Positions 49,569 to 59,095 are shown, numbered from the whole stretch's first letter. The stretch is 63,040 nt of DNA, filler included, from Anaerolineae bacterium (GCA_041082215.1; 5 parts of 5 records of this genome joined end to end with filler, not necessarily neighbours in it), one strand, 5' to 3'. Notes: generated by a model not told the origin, from the letters alone. Program-made: numbers and translations.

Positions 49569-51184
49569 AGCGCCTGCTCCTTCAGGGCTATCTCCCGCAG
49601 TCGGAACCGCTGCGGCTTACCGGTGGAGGAGCGGGGGAAGTCCTCCACCAGCCGGACCACCTGCGGGATCTGGTAGGGTTCCAGCGCCCCCCGGCAGAAC
49701 GTCCGCACATCGTGGGGGGTCAGTTTGGCTCCTCTCTCGGGAATGACGAAGGCCCACACCTCCTCTCCACCCAACCCGGCGGGCACACCCACCACTGCCG
49801 CCTCACGGATGGCGGGGTGGCTGGCCAGGTGGTTTTCCACTTCGTCGGGGTAGACCTTCCGCCCGCCGCGGATGATGACGTCCTTCTTTCGGCCGACGAT
49901 CCGCAGATACCCCCGCTCGTCCATCACCGCCAGATCGCCGGTGTGATACCAGCCCTCCTCGTCCACCACCTCCGCCGTCTGCTCCGGCGCCCCCCAGTAA
50001 CCCACCATCACGTTCTCCCCCCTCACCACCAGCTCCCCCACCTCTCCTGGCGGGAGGGGATTCCCACCTTCATCCACGATGCGGACCTCGACGCCGGGCA
50101 TCGGCTGTCCGACCGTCTCCGCCTGCAGCTCCTCGGGGTCGCCCAGGCTGGTGGCGGCGATCCCCCCGCCCAGCTCGGTGGCCCCAAAGCCGATATGAAG
50201 CGCACAGCCGAAACGCCGCTGCACCTGGCGTGCCAGCTCCGGCGGGCAGGGGGCCGAGCCGGTGCCGCAAATGAGGAGAGAGGAGAGATCGTACCGGTCG
50301 AACCCCTCCACCCGAAGCATCACCGCCAGCGCCGTCGGCACCGCCACCAGCACCGTCGCCCGTTCCCGCTGGATCAGCTCCAGCGCCTGGGTGGGGTGGA
50401 AGTGGGGCTGGACGACCAGAGTGTCGCCCATCAGGAGGGCCTGGAGGAAGACCTCGATGCCGGTGATGGTGTGGAAGCCGACGGTGGAGAGAAAGACCTG
50501 GGGACGGCCCGCTGCCCGCAGAAGCCGCTCCCGGTAACGCACCAGCGCCCGCCCCATCCTGGGAAGCTGCTGGAGGGAGGGGCGACGGATCCATAGCTCC
50601 CGCAGCTTCAGGCTGGCAACGACAGGGGCGATCAGGCTGCGGTGGGTGTGCATCGTCCCTTTGGGCGAGCCGGTGGTGCCGGACGTGTAGAGGATCGCCA
50701 GCAGGTCCTCCGGAGCGACCTCGACCTCGTCGCCTGCTTCCCCCTCCCCTTCCCACAACTCCGCTGCCGGTGGGCTTCCCTCCACCACCCGCACCGCCGT
50801 TCCCTCCGGCAGCGCCTCCGAGAGTTCGGCCGGGAGTGGTTCCTGGGCGATCAGCAAGAGGGGCTCTGTCTGCTCCAGTGCCCGGGCGATCCGCTGCGGC
50901 TGGGCGGAGGGATCGAGGGGGACGGTCACGCCGCCCCGCTCCGCTGTGGCGAAGAAGAGGATGATAAGTTCAGCACCAGGCGGCAGAAGAAACGCCACCC
51001 GGTCCCCTTTCCGCACCCCCAGGCGGGCCAGACCGGCTGCGGCACGGTCCACCCGCTCCTGGAGCTGCCTGTAGGTGAGCCGCAGGGAACCCACGACCAG
51101 AGCTTCCTGCTCGGGCCGGCTCTCTGACACCCGTCGCAGGGCCTGGCCCATCGTCATCCGGAGAGTCAGCGCCGGTATGCTCAT
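49565..51184 (-). CDS. Adenylate-forming acyl-CoA/acyl-ACP ligase
   Basis: YTSGTTGSPKG, GFGATE, YHTGD, GRKKD and STGK. Confidence 0.92.
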   Translation of the reverse strand: MSIPALTLRMTMGQALRRVSESRPEQEALVVGSLRLTYRQLQERVDRAAAGLARLGVRKGDRVAFLLPPGAELIILFFATAERGGVTVPLDPSAQPQRIARALEQTEPLLLIAQEPLPAELSEALPEGTAVRVVEGSPPAAELWEGEGEAGDEVEVAPEDLLAILYTSGTTGSPKGTMHTHRSLIAPVVASLKLRELWIRRPSLQQLPRMGRALVRYRERLLRAAGRPQVFLSTVGFHTITGIEVFLQALLMGDTLVVQPHFHPTQALELIQRERATVLVAVPTALAVMLRVEGFDRYDLSSLLICGTGSAPCPPELARQVQRRFGCALHIGFGATELGGGIAATSLGDPEELQAETVGQPMPGVEVRIVDEGGNPLPPGEVGELVVRGENVMVGYWGAPEQTAEVVDEEGWYHTGDLAVMDERGYLRIVGRKKDVIIRGGRKVYPDEVENHLASHPAIREAAVVGVPAGLGGEEVWAFVIPERGAKLTPHDVRTFCRGALEPYQIPQVVRLVEDFPRSSTGKPQRFRLREIALKEQAL

Positions 51185-51217
51185 TTTCCGCTCCTCCGGC
51201 TGCTTTCGTACAGGCTC

Positions 51218-52354
51218 CTAGAGCGGGAGCTGATACATCCGGAAGTGCTTGTACTGCTCCGCCCCCAACCGCTGGGCGATCAGGTTCACCATCAGATTGT
51301 ACTCCGAAGTGACCGATCCATCAAGCCAGGCGTACCCTCCGGCGAGGAAACCCCGCAGCACTTCCAGATAGAGCATGGCGTCAATCCCCCGCATCCGGTA
51401 GGCGGGCAGCACCCCCAACAGCTTGAAGGTCGCCACATCCACCTGGCGGATCAACCGGCGGAGGCGGAGCCAGTTGAAGGGAAGGAGCCGGCCGTTGAGA
51501 TGGATGAGGACCCGGTTGATGTCGGGGAACGCCACACAGAAGCCGACCGGTTTCCCGTCCACCTCGGCGATGACGGCCATCCCCGGATCAATGAAGGGCC
51601 GGAGCTGATTCGCCATCTGGCGGAATGTCTCTTCGGGCATTGGGACGCGGTGCGGCACGTGGGTCAGTGTGGCGTTGTAAAGGTAGTGAACGATGCCTAC
51701 TTCCCGGTCCCAATCCTCCATCCGCACGTGACGGACCGTGGCGCCGCTGGTTCGGGCACCGGCCTCCGCCACATGAACCAGCTCCGGTGGCAGGTTCTCC
51801 AGGTTTTCTCCGATCTGGTGGCGGAAGGCCCGGTAGGCGTAGAAGTCCTGGTGCTTCTCCATTCCATACTGCTCCAGAAACCCGGCGTAGTAGGGGGGGG
51901 TGTGCGATTCCAGCATCGCCGGGGGACAGTCGGCTCCCCCGATAAGGACGCCGGGGTGGTCGGCGCTGTTAAAGTTCATCGGGCCGCGCATTACCTGCGC
52001 GCCCCGCTCCCGCAGCCAGCCGGCCGCCGTATCCAGCAGCCGGGCCGCTACCTCATAGTCTTCGATCACCTCGAAGAAGCCAAAGCCGCCCACCATCTCC
52101 TCCAGCTCCTCCGCCAGCCACCGGTCGAAGAAGGCAGCGATGGTCCCCACCACTTCCCGGCCCCGCCGCGCCACGAAGAGGGCAACGTCGGCCTGCTGGA
52201 AGAAGGGATTATGGGCCGGGTCGAGGGTGTGCATCTGCTCGGAGATCAGCGGCGGGACCCAGTTGGGGTCCCCTTTGTAGACGCGCCAGGGAAAACGGAC
52301 AAAGGCACGAAGGTCGCGTCGGTCGGTCACGGGCTGGACGGTCAACTCGGGCAT
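51218..52354 (-). CDS. YghO / bacterial ceramide-synthase-like GNAT N-acyltransferase
   Basis: FPWRVYKGDPNWVPPL, NPFF, GFGFFE, RGPMNF, PPYY and LGVLPAYRMRG. Confidence 0.75.
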   Translation of the reverse strand: MPELTVQPVTDRRDLRAFVRFPWRVYKGDPNWVPPLISEQMHTLDPAHNPFFQQADVALFVARRGREVVGTIAAFFDRWLAEELEEMVGGFGFFEVIEDYEVAARLLDTAAGWLRERGAQVMRGPMNFNSADHPGVLIGGADCPPAMLESHTPPYYAGFLEQYGMEKHQDFYAYRAFRHQIGENLENLPPELVHVAEAGARTSGATVRHVRMEDWDREVGIVHYLYNATLTHVPHRVPMPEETFRQMANQLRPFIDPGMAVIAEVDGKPVGFCVAFPDINRVLIHLNGRLLPFNWLRLRRLIRQVDVATFKLLGVLPAYRMRGIDAMLYLEVLRGFLAGGYAWLDGSVTSEYNLMVNLIAQRLGAEQYKHFRMYQLPL

Positions 52355-52405
52355 CGGCTCACCTCCTTTTCAGGTTAAGAACCCCCGGTATGTTCAGGGG
52401 TTGCT

Positions 52406-53104
52406 TCACCTTTCTGCCCACAATGCTACCTGCTCAAACCGGACACGGACCGCTTCTCCCTCGAATCTCCGTACCCAGAACCCCATGTCGCCGGCCGGCC
52501 CCAGGCTGTCCGGGACGGCGGCGACATATTCATCGTTCACCCAGAAGTGGCAGACCCCGCCTGCGCAGGAGAGACGGAGCCGGTTTGCGGCCCGCCCCCG
52601 GCGGATGTGGGGGAACTGTTGCCAATCCAGCAGGGGAGTCTCCACATCCTCTTCTACCTGGAGGACGGCCAGGTAGCCGTCCGGCCCTATGGCAAAGACC
52701 CCGTACCGGTCCGTTGACCGGATGCGGAAGGCCAGGCCGAAGCCACTGAAGTCGGAGCCTTCTGTAAGCGTCCCCACTGCCTCCATGGTGAAGGAGCCGG
52801 CCGGGTGGTCCAGCGAGTAGATCACCCATCGCTGAGGGGCAGCAACGGTCAGTTCGAGGGGGGCAGGGAGCTGCCAGTCTGGCGTTGCTGCCGGACGGGG
52901 GCTGTTCCAGCCTGTGCCGATGGCCACGGAGAGCGCCACCCCTCCAGCCAGCGCCAGGGTAAGGGCCCAGAGGACGCCGCGCCAGAGCCACCGGGGAGGG
53001 GAGGTTCCATACCACACGGCCCATTCCCTCCGCCATCCGGCTGAGGCGGGGTTCGGTCGGCCGCTGTCACCCGCCCTTTCCGTTTCTCGAGATGTCGCCG
53101 GCAT
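52406..53104 (-). CDS. Membrane-anchored concanavalin-like (DUF1080-like) protein; start uncertain
   Basis: TM helix then GFGLAFR, NRLRLSC and FWVND beta-sandwich pattern. Confidence 0.6.
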   Translation of the reverse strand: MPATSRETERAGDSGRPNPASAGWRREWAVWYGTSPPRWLWRGVLWALTLALAGGVALSVAIGTGWNSPRPAATPDWQLPAPLELTVAAPQRWVIYSLDHPAGSFTMEAVGTLTEGSDFSGFGLAFRIRSTDRYGVFAIGPDGYLAVLQVEEDVETPLLDWQQFPHIRRGRAANRLRLSCAGGVCHFWVNDEYVAAVPDSLGPAGDMGFWVRRFEGEAVRVRFEQVALWAER

Positions 53105-53189
53105 CGGGAAGTCATTATAGCACAATATCGGGAACTGGCAGGTCCGTCCGGAGTCGGGTATAATTTGTCTCAGGATCGGGGAGGTGGTC

Positions 53190-54068
53190 ATGAGCGGGCT
53201 GGTTTATTCGAAGGAAGAGCTGACCATTGCCCTGGGGCAGATGGATGTGCCGGCAGGCCAGCCAGAGCGAAACGGGGAACGGGCCTGGGCGCTGGCAAAG
53301 CAGGCCCGCGAAGCGGGGGCGGACCTGCTCCTCCTGCCGGAGCTGTGGCTCCACGGCTACGACCTGGAGCGGGCCAGGGAGTGGGCGGCCCCGATCGGGG
53401 AAGGGGGATTTGCCCGGATGTCGGCGATGGCCCGGGAATTCGGCCTCTACCTGGGCGGCTCCCTGCTGGAGCTACACGACGGCGGCGTTTCCAACACAGC
53501 CGTCCTCTACGGCCCTGACGGCGCCCTTCTGGGCGCCTACCGTAAGGTCCATCTCTTCCGGCTGATGCAGGAGCCCCGTTACCTGGTCCCAGGGGATCGG
53601 GCCGTCCTCTGCCCCACTCCCTGGGGACCGGTGGGGCTGGCGATCTGTTACGATCTGCGCTTTCCTGAGCTCTGCCGCGCGATGGCGCTGGCCGGGGCGG
53701 TTTTCTTCCTGGTTCCGGCCCAGTGGCCGGTCCGCCGTGTCGAAGCCTGGTGGCTCCTGGCGCGCGCCCGTGCCGTGGAGAACGAACTCTTCGTCGCGGC
53801 CTGCAACCGGGTGGGGACGGACGGGAGCGTGGTTTTCCCCGGTCGCTCCGCCGTCATTGACCCCTGGGGAAACGCGCTGGTGGAAGGAGGGGATGGAGAG
53901 GAGCTGCTGGTTGCCCGGGCCGACCTGCGGGAGATCCGCAAAGCCCGGCGGTATCTGACCGTTTACGAAGACCGGAGGCCGGAAGCCTACCGGGTGGCCC
54001 CTTCTATCTTTGGGGCCGGGGAGGAGTTCCCTACAGTGCCCGGATCAGGAGCAGGCCGATCAGGCTGA
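53190..54068 (+). CDS. Carbon-nitrogen hydrolase (nitrilase superfamily)
   Basis: LPELW, YRKVHL and ICYDLRFPE catalytic triad. Confidence 0.92.
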   Translation: MSGLVYSKEELTIALGQMDVPAGQPERNGERAWALAKQAREAGADLLLLPELWLHGYDLERAREWAAPIGEGGFARMSAMAREFGLYLGGSLLELHDGGVSNTAVLYGPDGALLGAYRKVHLFRLMQEPRYLVPGDRAVLCPTPWGPVGLAICYDLRFPELCRAMALAGAVFFLVPAQWPVRRVEAWWLLARARAVENELFVAACNRVGTDGSVVFPGRSAVIDPWGNALVEGGDGEELLVARADLREIRKARRYLTVYEDRRPEAYRVAPSIFGAGEEFPTVPGSGAGRSG

Positions 54069-54240
54069 TGACCAGGCCGAGGTGGAGAAGGAGATTCACG
54101 TCTGCCATCCAGTCAATGACCGGCCACGACGGCAGGAGCTGCAGGACGAAGTTGAGCAGGATCAATCCCAGGCCCACGAGCACCGGCAGCCCCGGCACCC
54201 GGGCGAGGAAATCACCGATGCGTTTCAGCCAGTCAGCCAT
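54031..54240 (-). CDS. Small two-TM membrane protein
   Basis: GGAGG RBS; 69 aa with two hydrophobic helices. Confidence 0.7.
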   Translation of the reverse strand: MADWLKRIGDFLARVPGLPVLVGLGLILLNFVLQLLPSWPVIDWMADVNLLLHLGLVISLIGLLLIRAL

Positions 54241-54326
54241 ATCCTCCCTCCCGCAAGTTGATTGTAACACAGCCTTTCCCCCACGTCAAAATTGGCCGAT
54301 GGGGGGTGTTTAAGGGGGGACGGCCC

Positions 54327-54426
54327 NNNNNNNNNNNNNNNNNNNNNNNNNNNNNNNNNNNNNNNNNNNNTTAATTAATTAANNNNNNNNNNNNNNNNNN
54401 NNNNNNNNNNNNNNNNNNNNNNNNNN
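54327..54426. other. Artificial contig linker
   Basis: N-run, TTAATTAATTAA, N-run. Confidence 0.98.
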
Positions 54427-54466
54427 GGCGGGGCCGGGTGGGCGGCCCCGCCCCATCCGGTCCCTC

Positions 54467-55402
54467 TTACTTGAACTGCTCCAGCGCATCCAGATCGAAC
54501 CCGGCCGCTGCGGAGGTCAGGTCCAGGCCGTAGAACTGCTGGCTGAGCTGCTGGAGTGTCCCGTCCTGATGCATCTCGTTGATGATCTCGCTCACCCGCT
54601 GGATCAGGGAGACGGGGTCCTTGCCGGCCGCCTTATCCACGGCCGCTGCCAGGTACTCGAAGAAGACCGGCTCGCCCAACTGCTTGATGGGCATGCCGTC
54701 GGCGATGGCGCCGGCCCCTGTCGGCTGAGCCGTCAACACCGCATCCAGCCGCACCCCATCACCCAACGCCAGGTCTTCCAGAGCGAAGAGGTCGGTGTCG
54801 TAGGGCTTGAGCACCGCGTTCTGGACCACCACCTCGAAGGTTTCGCCGGGGATCTCCAGGACCCCTTCCAGATAGTACTCGTAGGTCGTCCCGACGCCGA
54901 AGCCGATCTGCTTGCCAGAGAGGTCAGAGGGCTGGGTGAAGGTCGTGTTGTCCCGATGGACGAAGAAGGCGGCGGGGGTGGTGTAGTAGGGCTGGGAGAA
55001 GTACAGCTTCTCCATCCGGTTGGGCGTGATGGTCATCGAGCCGATGCTGATATCCCATCGGTCCGCCCAGCCGCCAGCGACGATCAGGTCCCAGTTCGGC
55101 GTGACGAAGCAGGGCTCAACGCCCAGGCGGCGGGCCACCTCTTTGGCCACCTCGATGTCGAAGCCCTGCAGTTCGGCCGCCGTCCGCTGGTCGCCCGTGC
55201 ACTTCGTGTCGGCGGGCCGCTGCGCCCCCTCGACCAGCTCCGACTGGGGTGGGTAGGCAGGGTCGGTGGAGATGATCAGGGTTCCACGGGCGAGGATCTC
55301 GGCCAGTTTATCCTGAGGCGCCTCTGTAGGCTTGGGGCCACAGGCCGTGACAAGCAGGCCGATAACGGTCAGGAGTCCCAAGAAGACAGTTATTCGTTTC
55401 AT
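54467..55402 (-). CDS. Polar amino-acid ABC transporter substrate-binding lipoprotein
   Basis: Lipobox VTAC; DPAYPP, GFDIEVA and SMTITPNR...FSQPYY. Confidence 0.92.
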   Translation of the reverse strand: MKRITVFLGLLTVIGLLVTACGPKPTEAPQDKLAEILARGTLIISTDPAYPPQSELVEGAQRPADTKCTGDQRTAAELQGFDIEVAKEVARRLGVEPCFVTPNWDLIVAGGWADRWDISIGSMTITPNRMEKLYFSQPYYTTPAAFFVHRDNTTFTQPSDLSGKQIGFGVGTTYEYYLEGVLEIPGETFEVVVQNAVLKPYDTDLFALEDLALGDGVRLDAVLTAQPTGAGAIADGMPIKQLGEPVFFEYLAAAVDKAAGKDPVSLIQRVSEIINEMHQDGTLQQLSQQFYGLDLTSAAAGFDLDALEQFK

Positions 55403-55617
55403 TTTTTGTTCTCCTCCTTCCTGAGCGCTGATCGAACTGAGTTTACTTCATACGGGTAAAATAAGGGGAAGAGTTTCGCCAGGGCCTCACCTCTCCTTCC
55501 GAGGAACTATGTGAATAAAATTATACGTCCTTCTCAACAGAAGTCAACCGCCCTCCGCGCCCCCGCTACCTGGCCCACCCCGTCACCTTCTAAACTGATA
55601 CAGACTCCTCAGAGTCA

Positions 55618-55803
55618 GAGTCTGTAACAGATTAGTAGGTGGAGTTGCAAAATAGCCATCAGCCCTGTATCCTCTGGTTGATCAGACCATCCAGGGAGGA
55701 GCGGGCTGATGGCAGGGGCAATTGTACTTCAAGATGGGCCGATTGGGAAGGACTGGGAGGAGGCGTTGTACCGGGAGGGCTGCGCCCTCCTCAATGGCCC
55801 CGA
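55618..55803 (+). mobile_element. Left part of family A TIR element (truncated by contig end), preceded by a degenerate right end at ~55558-55607
   Basis: Left TIR GAGTCTGTAACAGATTAGTAGGTG; 147-bp identity with window 1-147. Confidence 0.75.
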
Positions 55804-55903
55804 NNNNNNNNNNNNNNNNNNNNNNNNNNNNNNNNNNNNNNNNNNNNTTAATTAATTAANNNNNNNNNNNNNNNNNNNNNNNNNNNNNNNNNNNNNNNNN
55901 NNN
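55804..55903. other. Artificial contig linker
   Basis: N-run, TTAATTAATTAA, N-run. Confidence 0.98.
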
Positions 55904-55996
55904 CTGGTGGTGCTGGCGGTCATCCTGGTCTGGGACGCTGTAGGCTCGATCCGCCGGTATCAGGCGGAGCTGCGGGCTAAAGCAGCCAGCCGGTAG
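55904..55996 (+). CDS. C-terminal fragment of a membrane protein (possibly a CstA-family transporter)
   Basis: LVVLAVILVWDAVGSIRRYQAELRAKAASR*: a TM helix plus basic tail. Family inferred only from context. Confidence 0.5.
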   Translation: MVVLAVILVWDAVGSIRRYQAELRAKAASR

Positions 55997-56079
55997 GCCT
56001 GGCCCGCACAGGAGCACAAAGCGGTGAGGGATGGGACGGGCCGCCGGGCCGGCCCGTCCCGTCCCTGTGAGGGAGCCCG

Positions 56080-56472
56080 ATGGCAAACACAAACCGGTCG
56101 GAGGGAAAGATCCGTCTGGAGGTCATCGCTCATATCCCGACGACCTTTCGCTATTGTATGCACTGCGAGCAGTGGATGGACGCTGCGGTGGGAGCAGCAG
56201 CGCGCCAGGAAATGGCAGGAGAATATCCGGCCGACATCCTGGAGGACTTCGGCCGGCTGCTCTCCTGGACGGATGAGTGGACATCCCGGTGGGGGCCAAC
56301 CCTCCAGGTACGGGTGATTGACCCCCAATCGCCGGAAGGTGTGTGGAAGTGCTTGCGCTACGGCGTCCGTCGCTACCCCGCCTTCATCGTAGAGGGACGA
56401 CGACGGGCGGTGGGCTGGGACCGGGAGGCTGTGGAACAGGCGCTGGATGAGGCGCGGGCAACACAAAAGTGA
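56080..56472 (+). CDS. Small CxxC thioredoxin-fold-like protein
   Basis: CMHC motif; VRVIDPQS...YGVRRYPAFIVEG. Confidence 0.7.
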   Translation: MANTNRSEGKIRLEVIAHIPTTFRYCMHCEQWMDAAVGAAARQEMAGEYPADILEDFGRLLSWTDEWTSRWGPTLQVRVIDPQSPEGVWKCLRYGVRRYPAFIVEGRRRAVGWDREAVEQALDEARATQK

Positions 56473-56771
56473 CTCGCCGGACCTACTGGATGCAGACAGG
56501 CCATCGGTTGCGGGAGCTGGGGCGCACCCTGCGGGACATCCTCTACGGGATGACCGTCTACGAATGGGTGCGCGAGTTCGAGAAGGCACGGGGGGAAGTG
56601 GAGCGGATCTTCACCGTGATTGTCTTCGGCGAGCTCCTTGGAATCCCCATTCTGCCCCCTTACTATGCGCTGCGCCTCCTGCCCTACGCCGTCCCCCGGC
56701 TGGAGGTCTGGCGACGTAGCCTCCTTCGAGAGCAAGACTGGACGGACCTGTTCGATCAGGAAATCGGCTAG
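56469..56771 (+). CDS. Small hydrophobic protein A (ArsA-associated)
   Basis: FGELLGIPILPPYYALRLLPY; 4-bp overlap with the upstream gene. Confidence 0.8.
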   Translation: MTRRTYWMQTGHRLRELGRTLRDILYGMTVYEWVREFEKARGEVERIFTVIVFGELLGIPILPPYYALRLLPYAVPRLEVWRRSLLREQDWTDLFDQEIG

Positions 56772-56803
56772 AGAGTTGAGTTTCTTCAAATCATGGAGGG
56801 AAG

Positions 56804-57088
56804 ATGGCTGAAAAGAAAGAAAAAGACGAAAAGAAAAAGGGAGGATTCCTCGATGCCGCCAAGAGCATCCTCTACGGGATGGCAGGGCACGATATGGCCC
56901 GCTTCGCCCTGAAGACACGGGGTAGTATGGAGCATCTCTTCATCCTGATCACAATGGGAGACCTGCTGGGGATCCCCATCCTGCCTCCATACTACTCCCT
57001 GCGCCTGTTGCCCTACGTCGTTCCCCAGATCAGCACCTGGAAGCGGCGCATGCTTCGGGAGCGGGACCTGACGGATGCGCTGGCGTAA
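56804..57088 (+). CDS. Small hydrophobic protein B (paralog of A)
   Basis: MGDLLGIPILPPYYSLRLLPY. Confidence 0.8.
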   Translation: MAEKKEKDEKKKGGFLDAAKSILYGMAGHDMARFALKTRGSMEHLFILITMGDLLGIPILPPYYSLRLLPYVVPQISTWKRRMLRERDLTDALA

Positions 57089-57115
57089 ACCAGCAACCAG
57101 CAACCAGCAACCAGG
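57088..57115. repeat. 4 x 7-bp tandem repeat AACCAGC
   Basis: Lies between a stop codon and the GGAGG RBS. Confidence 0.85.
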
Positions 57116-57123
57116 AGGTCGAA

Positions 57124-58104
57124 TTGTCCCTAGCACGCGTTTTCCAAGAGCACCCAGAACGTCGCTACATCATGTTTGGCGGCAAGGGAGGGTTGGGGAA
57201 GACCACCTTCTCCGCGGCCACCGCCTACTGGCTGGCCAGGCAGGGGCATAAGGTCCTGGTCTTCTCCGTGGACCCCCAGGCGTCCCTCTCCGATATCTTC
57301 CAGCAGGATATCTTCGGCAAGGGGGCGGTGGAAATCGTGCCCAACCTCTTTGCTCAGGAAATTGACGCCGATCGCCGCATCCGGGAGTACCAGGAAGAGA
57401 TCCGGCAGAAAATCCTGAAAATGTACGGCCTGGAAAAGGTGCCCGACGAGATCGAAGACTACATCCAGGCCGCCGCCGCCGAGCCGGCAATGGAGGAAAG
57501 CGCCATCTTCGACCAGGTGGTGGACATCATCGTCGGCGGCGACTACGACTACTACATCTACGACCTGGTCCCTCTGGGCCATGCCCTCTACTACCTGAGC
57601 ATGGCCAGCGTCTACGACCAGTGGATCCAGAAGATCACCAAGCTGCGGGAGGAAATGGAGGAGTACGCTCAGGTAGCCTCGCTCCTCCGACGGGAGGACG
57701 AACTGGAAGAGGACAAAATCCTGGCCGAATTGCAGGACATCCGCTACCGGATCAGCACCTCCTCCGGCATCCTCACCGACCGCGAAAGGACCGCCTTCTT
57801 TTTCGTCGTTGTGCCCGAGGAGATGATCCTGGTGGATACGCAGAAGGCGGCAGGGCTGTTTGCCAAGTTCCACGTGCCGATCTCCGGCTACATCGTCAAC
57901 CGGGTGCTCCCGGCAGAACTGGAGCAGCAGAACATCCCGGAGTACCTGCGTCACCGCATCCAGATGCAAAAGAAGTACCTGGCCGAGATCGATCGCCTCT
58001 TTGGGGGGCAGGTGCTGGCCTACATCCCGGAGTTCGAGCGGGACGTGACCGGGCTGGAGATGATCGAACGGATGGCGGAGGCGATGTTCGGAGGTGCGGC
58101 ATGA
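57124..58104 (+). CDS. Get3/ArsA-family ATPase, subunit 1
   Basis: GKGGLGKTT, SVDPQASLSD and DLVPLGH. Confidence 0.9.
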   Translation: MSLARVFQEHPERRYIMFGGKGGLGKTTFSAATAYWLARQGHKVLVFSVDPQASLSDIFQQDIFGKGAVEIVPNLFAQEIDADRRIREYQEEIRQKILKMYGLEKVPDEIEDYIQAAAAEPAMEESAIFDQVVDIIVGGDYDYYIYDLVPLGHALYYLSMASVYDQWIQKITKLREEMEEYAQVASLLRREDELEEDKILAELQDIRYRISTSSGILTDRERTAFFFVVVPEEMILVDTQKAAGLFAKFHVPISGYIVNRVLPAELEQQNIPEYLRHRIQMQKKYLAEIDRLFGGQVLAYIPEFERDVTGLEMIERMAEAMFGGAA

Positions 58105-59075
58105 TCCAGAAAACAATGATCCAGTTCGTGGAGGAGCACCCCGGCCTCAAGTATTCCTTCTTCGGCGGCAAGGGGGGCGTGGGGAAGACTGTGATGGCCG
58201 GGGCGGCAGCCCTGTGGTTTGCCCGGCAGGGGAAACGGACCCTCCTGGCCTCCACCAACCCCGTCCACTCCCTCACCGGCCTGCTGGGGCAGGACGTCTT
58301 CGGCAAGCCGACGCCGGTGCAGGGAGTGCCCAACCTCTGGGCCTACGAGATCGACACCCGGGACACCATCGAGAAGTCGAAACGGGAGATTCGGGAAAAG
58401 ATCGAGTGGTTCCTCAGGTATGCCGACATCAAGACAAAGGCGGACGAATTCGTCGAGTCGGCCACCATGAACCCTGCCTTTGAGGAATCGGCTATGTTCG
58501 AGAACATGATAGACATCATGTTCGAGGACGCTTACGAGACCTACGTCTTCGATACCGCCCCCACCGCCAACGCCCGCCGACTGCTGGGAATGTCCAGCGT
58601 CTACTCGATGTGGGTCAACAAAATGGTCCAGAGCCGCCAGGAGGCGATGACCCTGCGGGAGCTCCTCTCCTACAGCAAGAAGAAGCAGGAAAAGGATCCG
58701 CTGATGGAGTATCTCCTTCAGTTCCGGGATCGGATGCAGCATGCCAAGGAGCTCCTGACCGACAAGGCCAAGACTGCTTTCTTCTTTGTCACCCTGCCCG
58801 AGGCGCTCCCCATCGCCGTCATCCGCCGTTTCATCAACTGGTTCAACGAATTCGGCATACCGGTAGGCGGAGTGGTGGTGAATATGCTGATTGACCCGGA
58901 GGCAGTGGGGGAGGATACCCCGGAGTTCGTCCGCAACCGGATCGCGATGCAGGCGGAGTACATGGAGCAGATCTGGCAGCTCTTCCCCGACGTGCGGGCG
59001 CTGGTCCCCCTGTTCGAGACCGAGGTGAAGGGCGTGGAGATGCTGGAGCGAACGGCCCAGCGGTTGTTCGTCTAG
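58101..59075 (+). CDS. Get3/ArsA-family ATPase, subunit 2
   Basis: GKGGVGKTV, STNPVHSL and DTAPTAN; ATGA overlap with subunit 1. Confidence 0.9.
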   Translation: MIQKTMIQFVEEHPGLKYSFFGGKGGVGKTVMAGAAALWFARQGKRTLLASTNPVHSLTGLLGQDVFGKPTPVQGVPNLWAYEIDTRDTIEKSKREIREKIEWFLRYADIKTKADEFVESATMNPAFEESAMFENMIDIMFEDAYETYVFDTAPTANARRLLGMSSVYSMWVNKMVQSRQEAMTLRELLSYSKKKQEKDPLMEYLLQFRDRMQHAKELLTDKAKTAFFFVTLPEALPIAVIRRFINWFNEFGIPVGGVVVNMLIDPEAVGEDTPEFVRNRIAMQAEYMEQIWQLFPDVRALVPLFETEVKGVEMLERTAQRLFV

Positions 59076-59095
59076 CACAAGGAGGGTAAAAGAGG

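Noticed and set aside
57124..59075. Arsenic-resistance (ars) operon
   Set aside because: No Cys ligands in the ATPases, and no arsB/acr3, arsC, arsD or arsR nearby.
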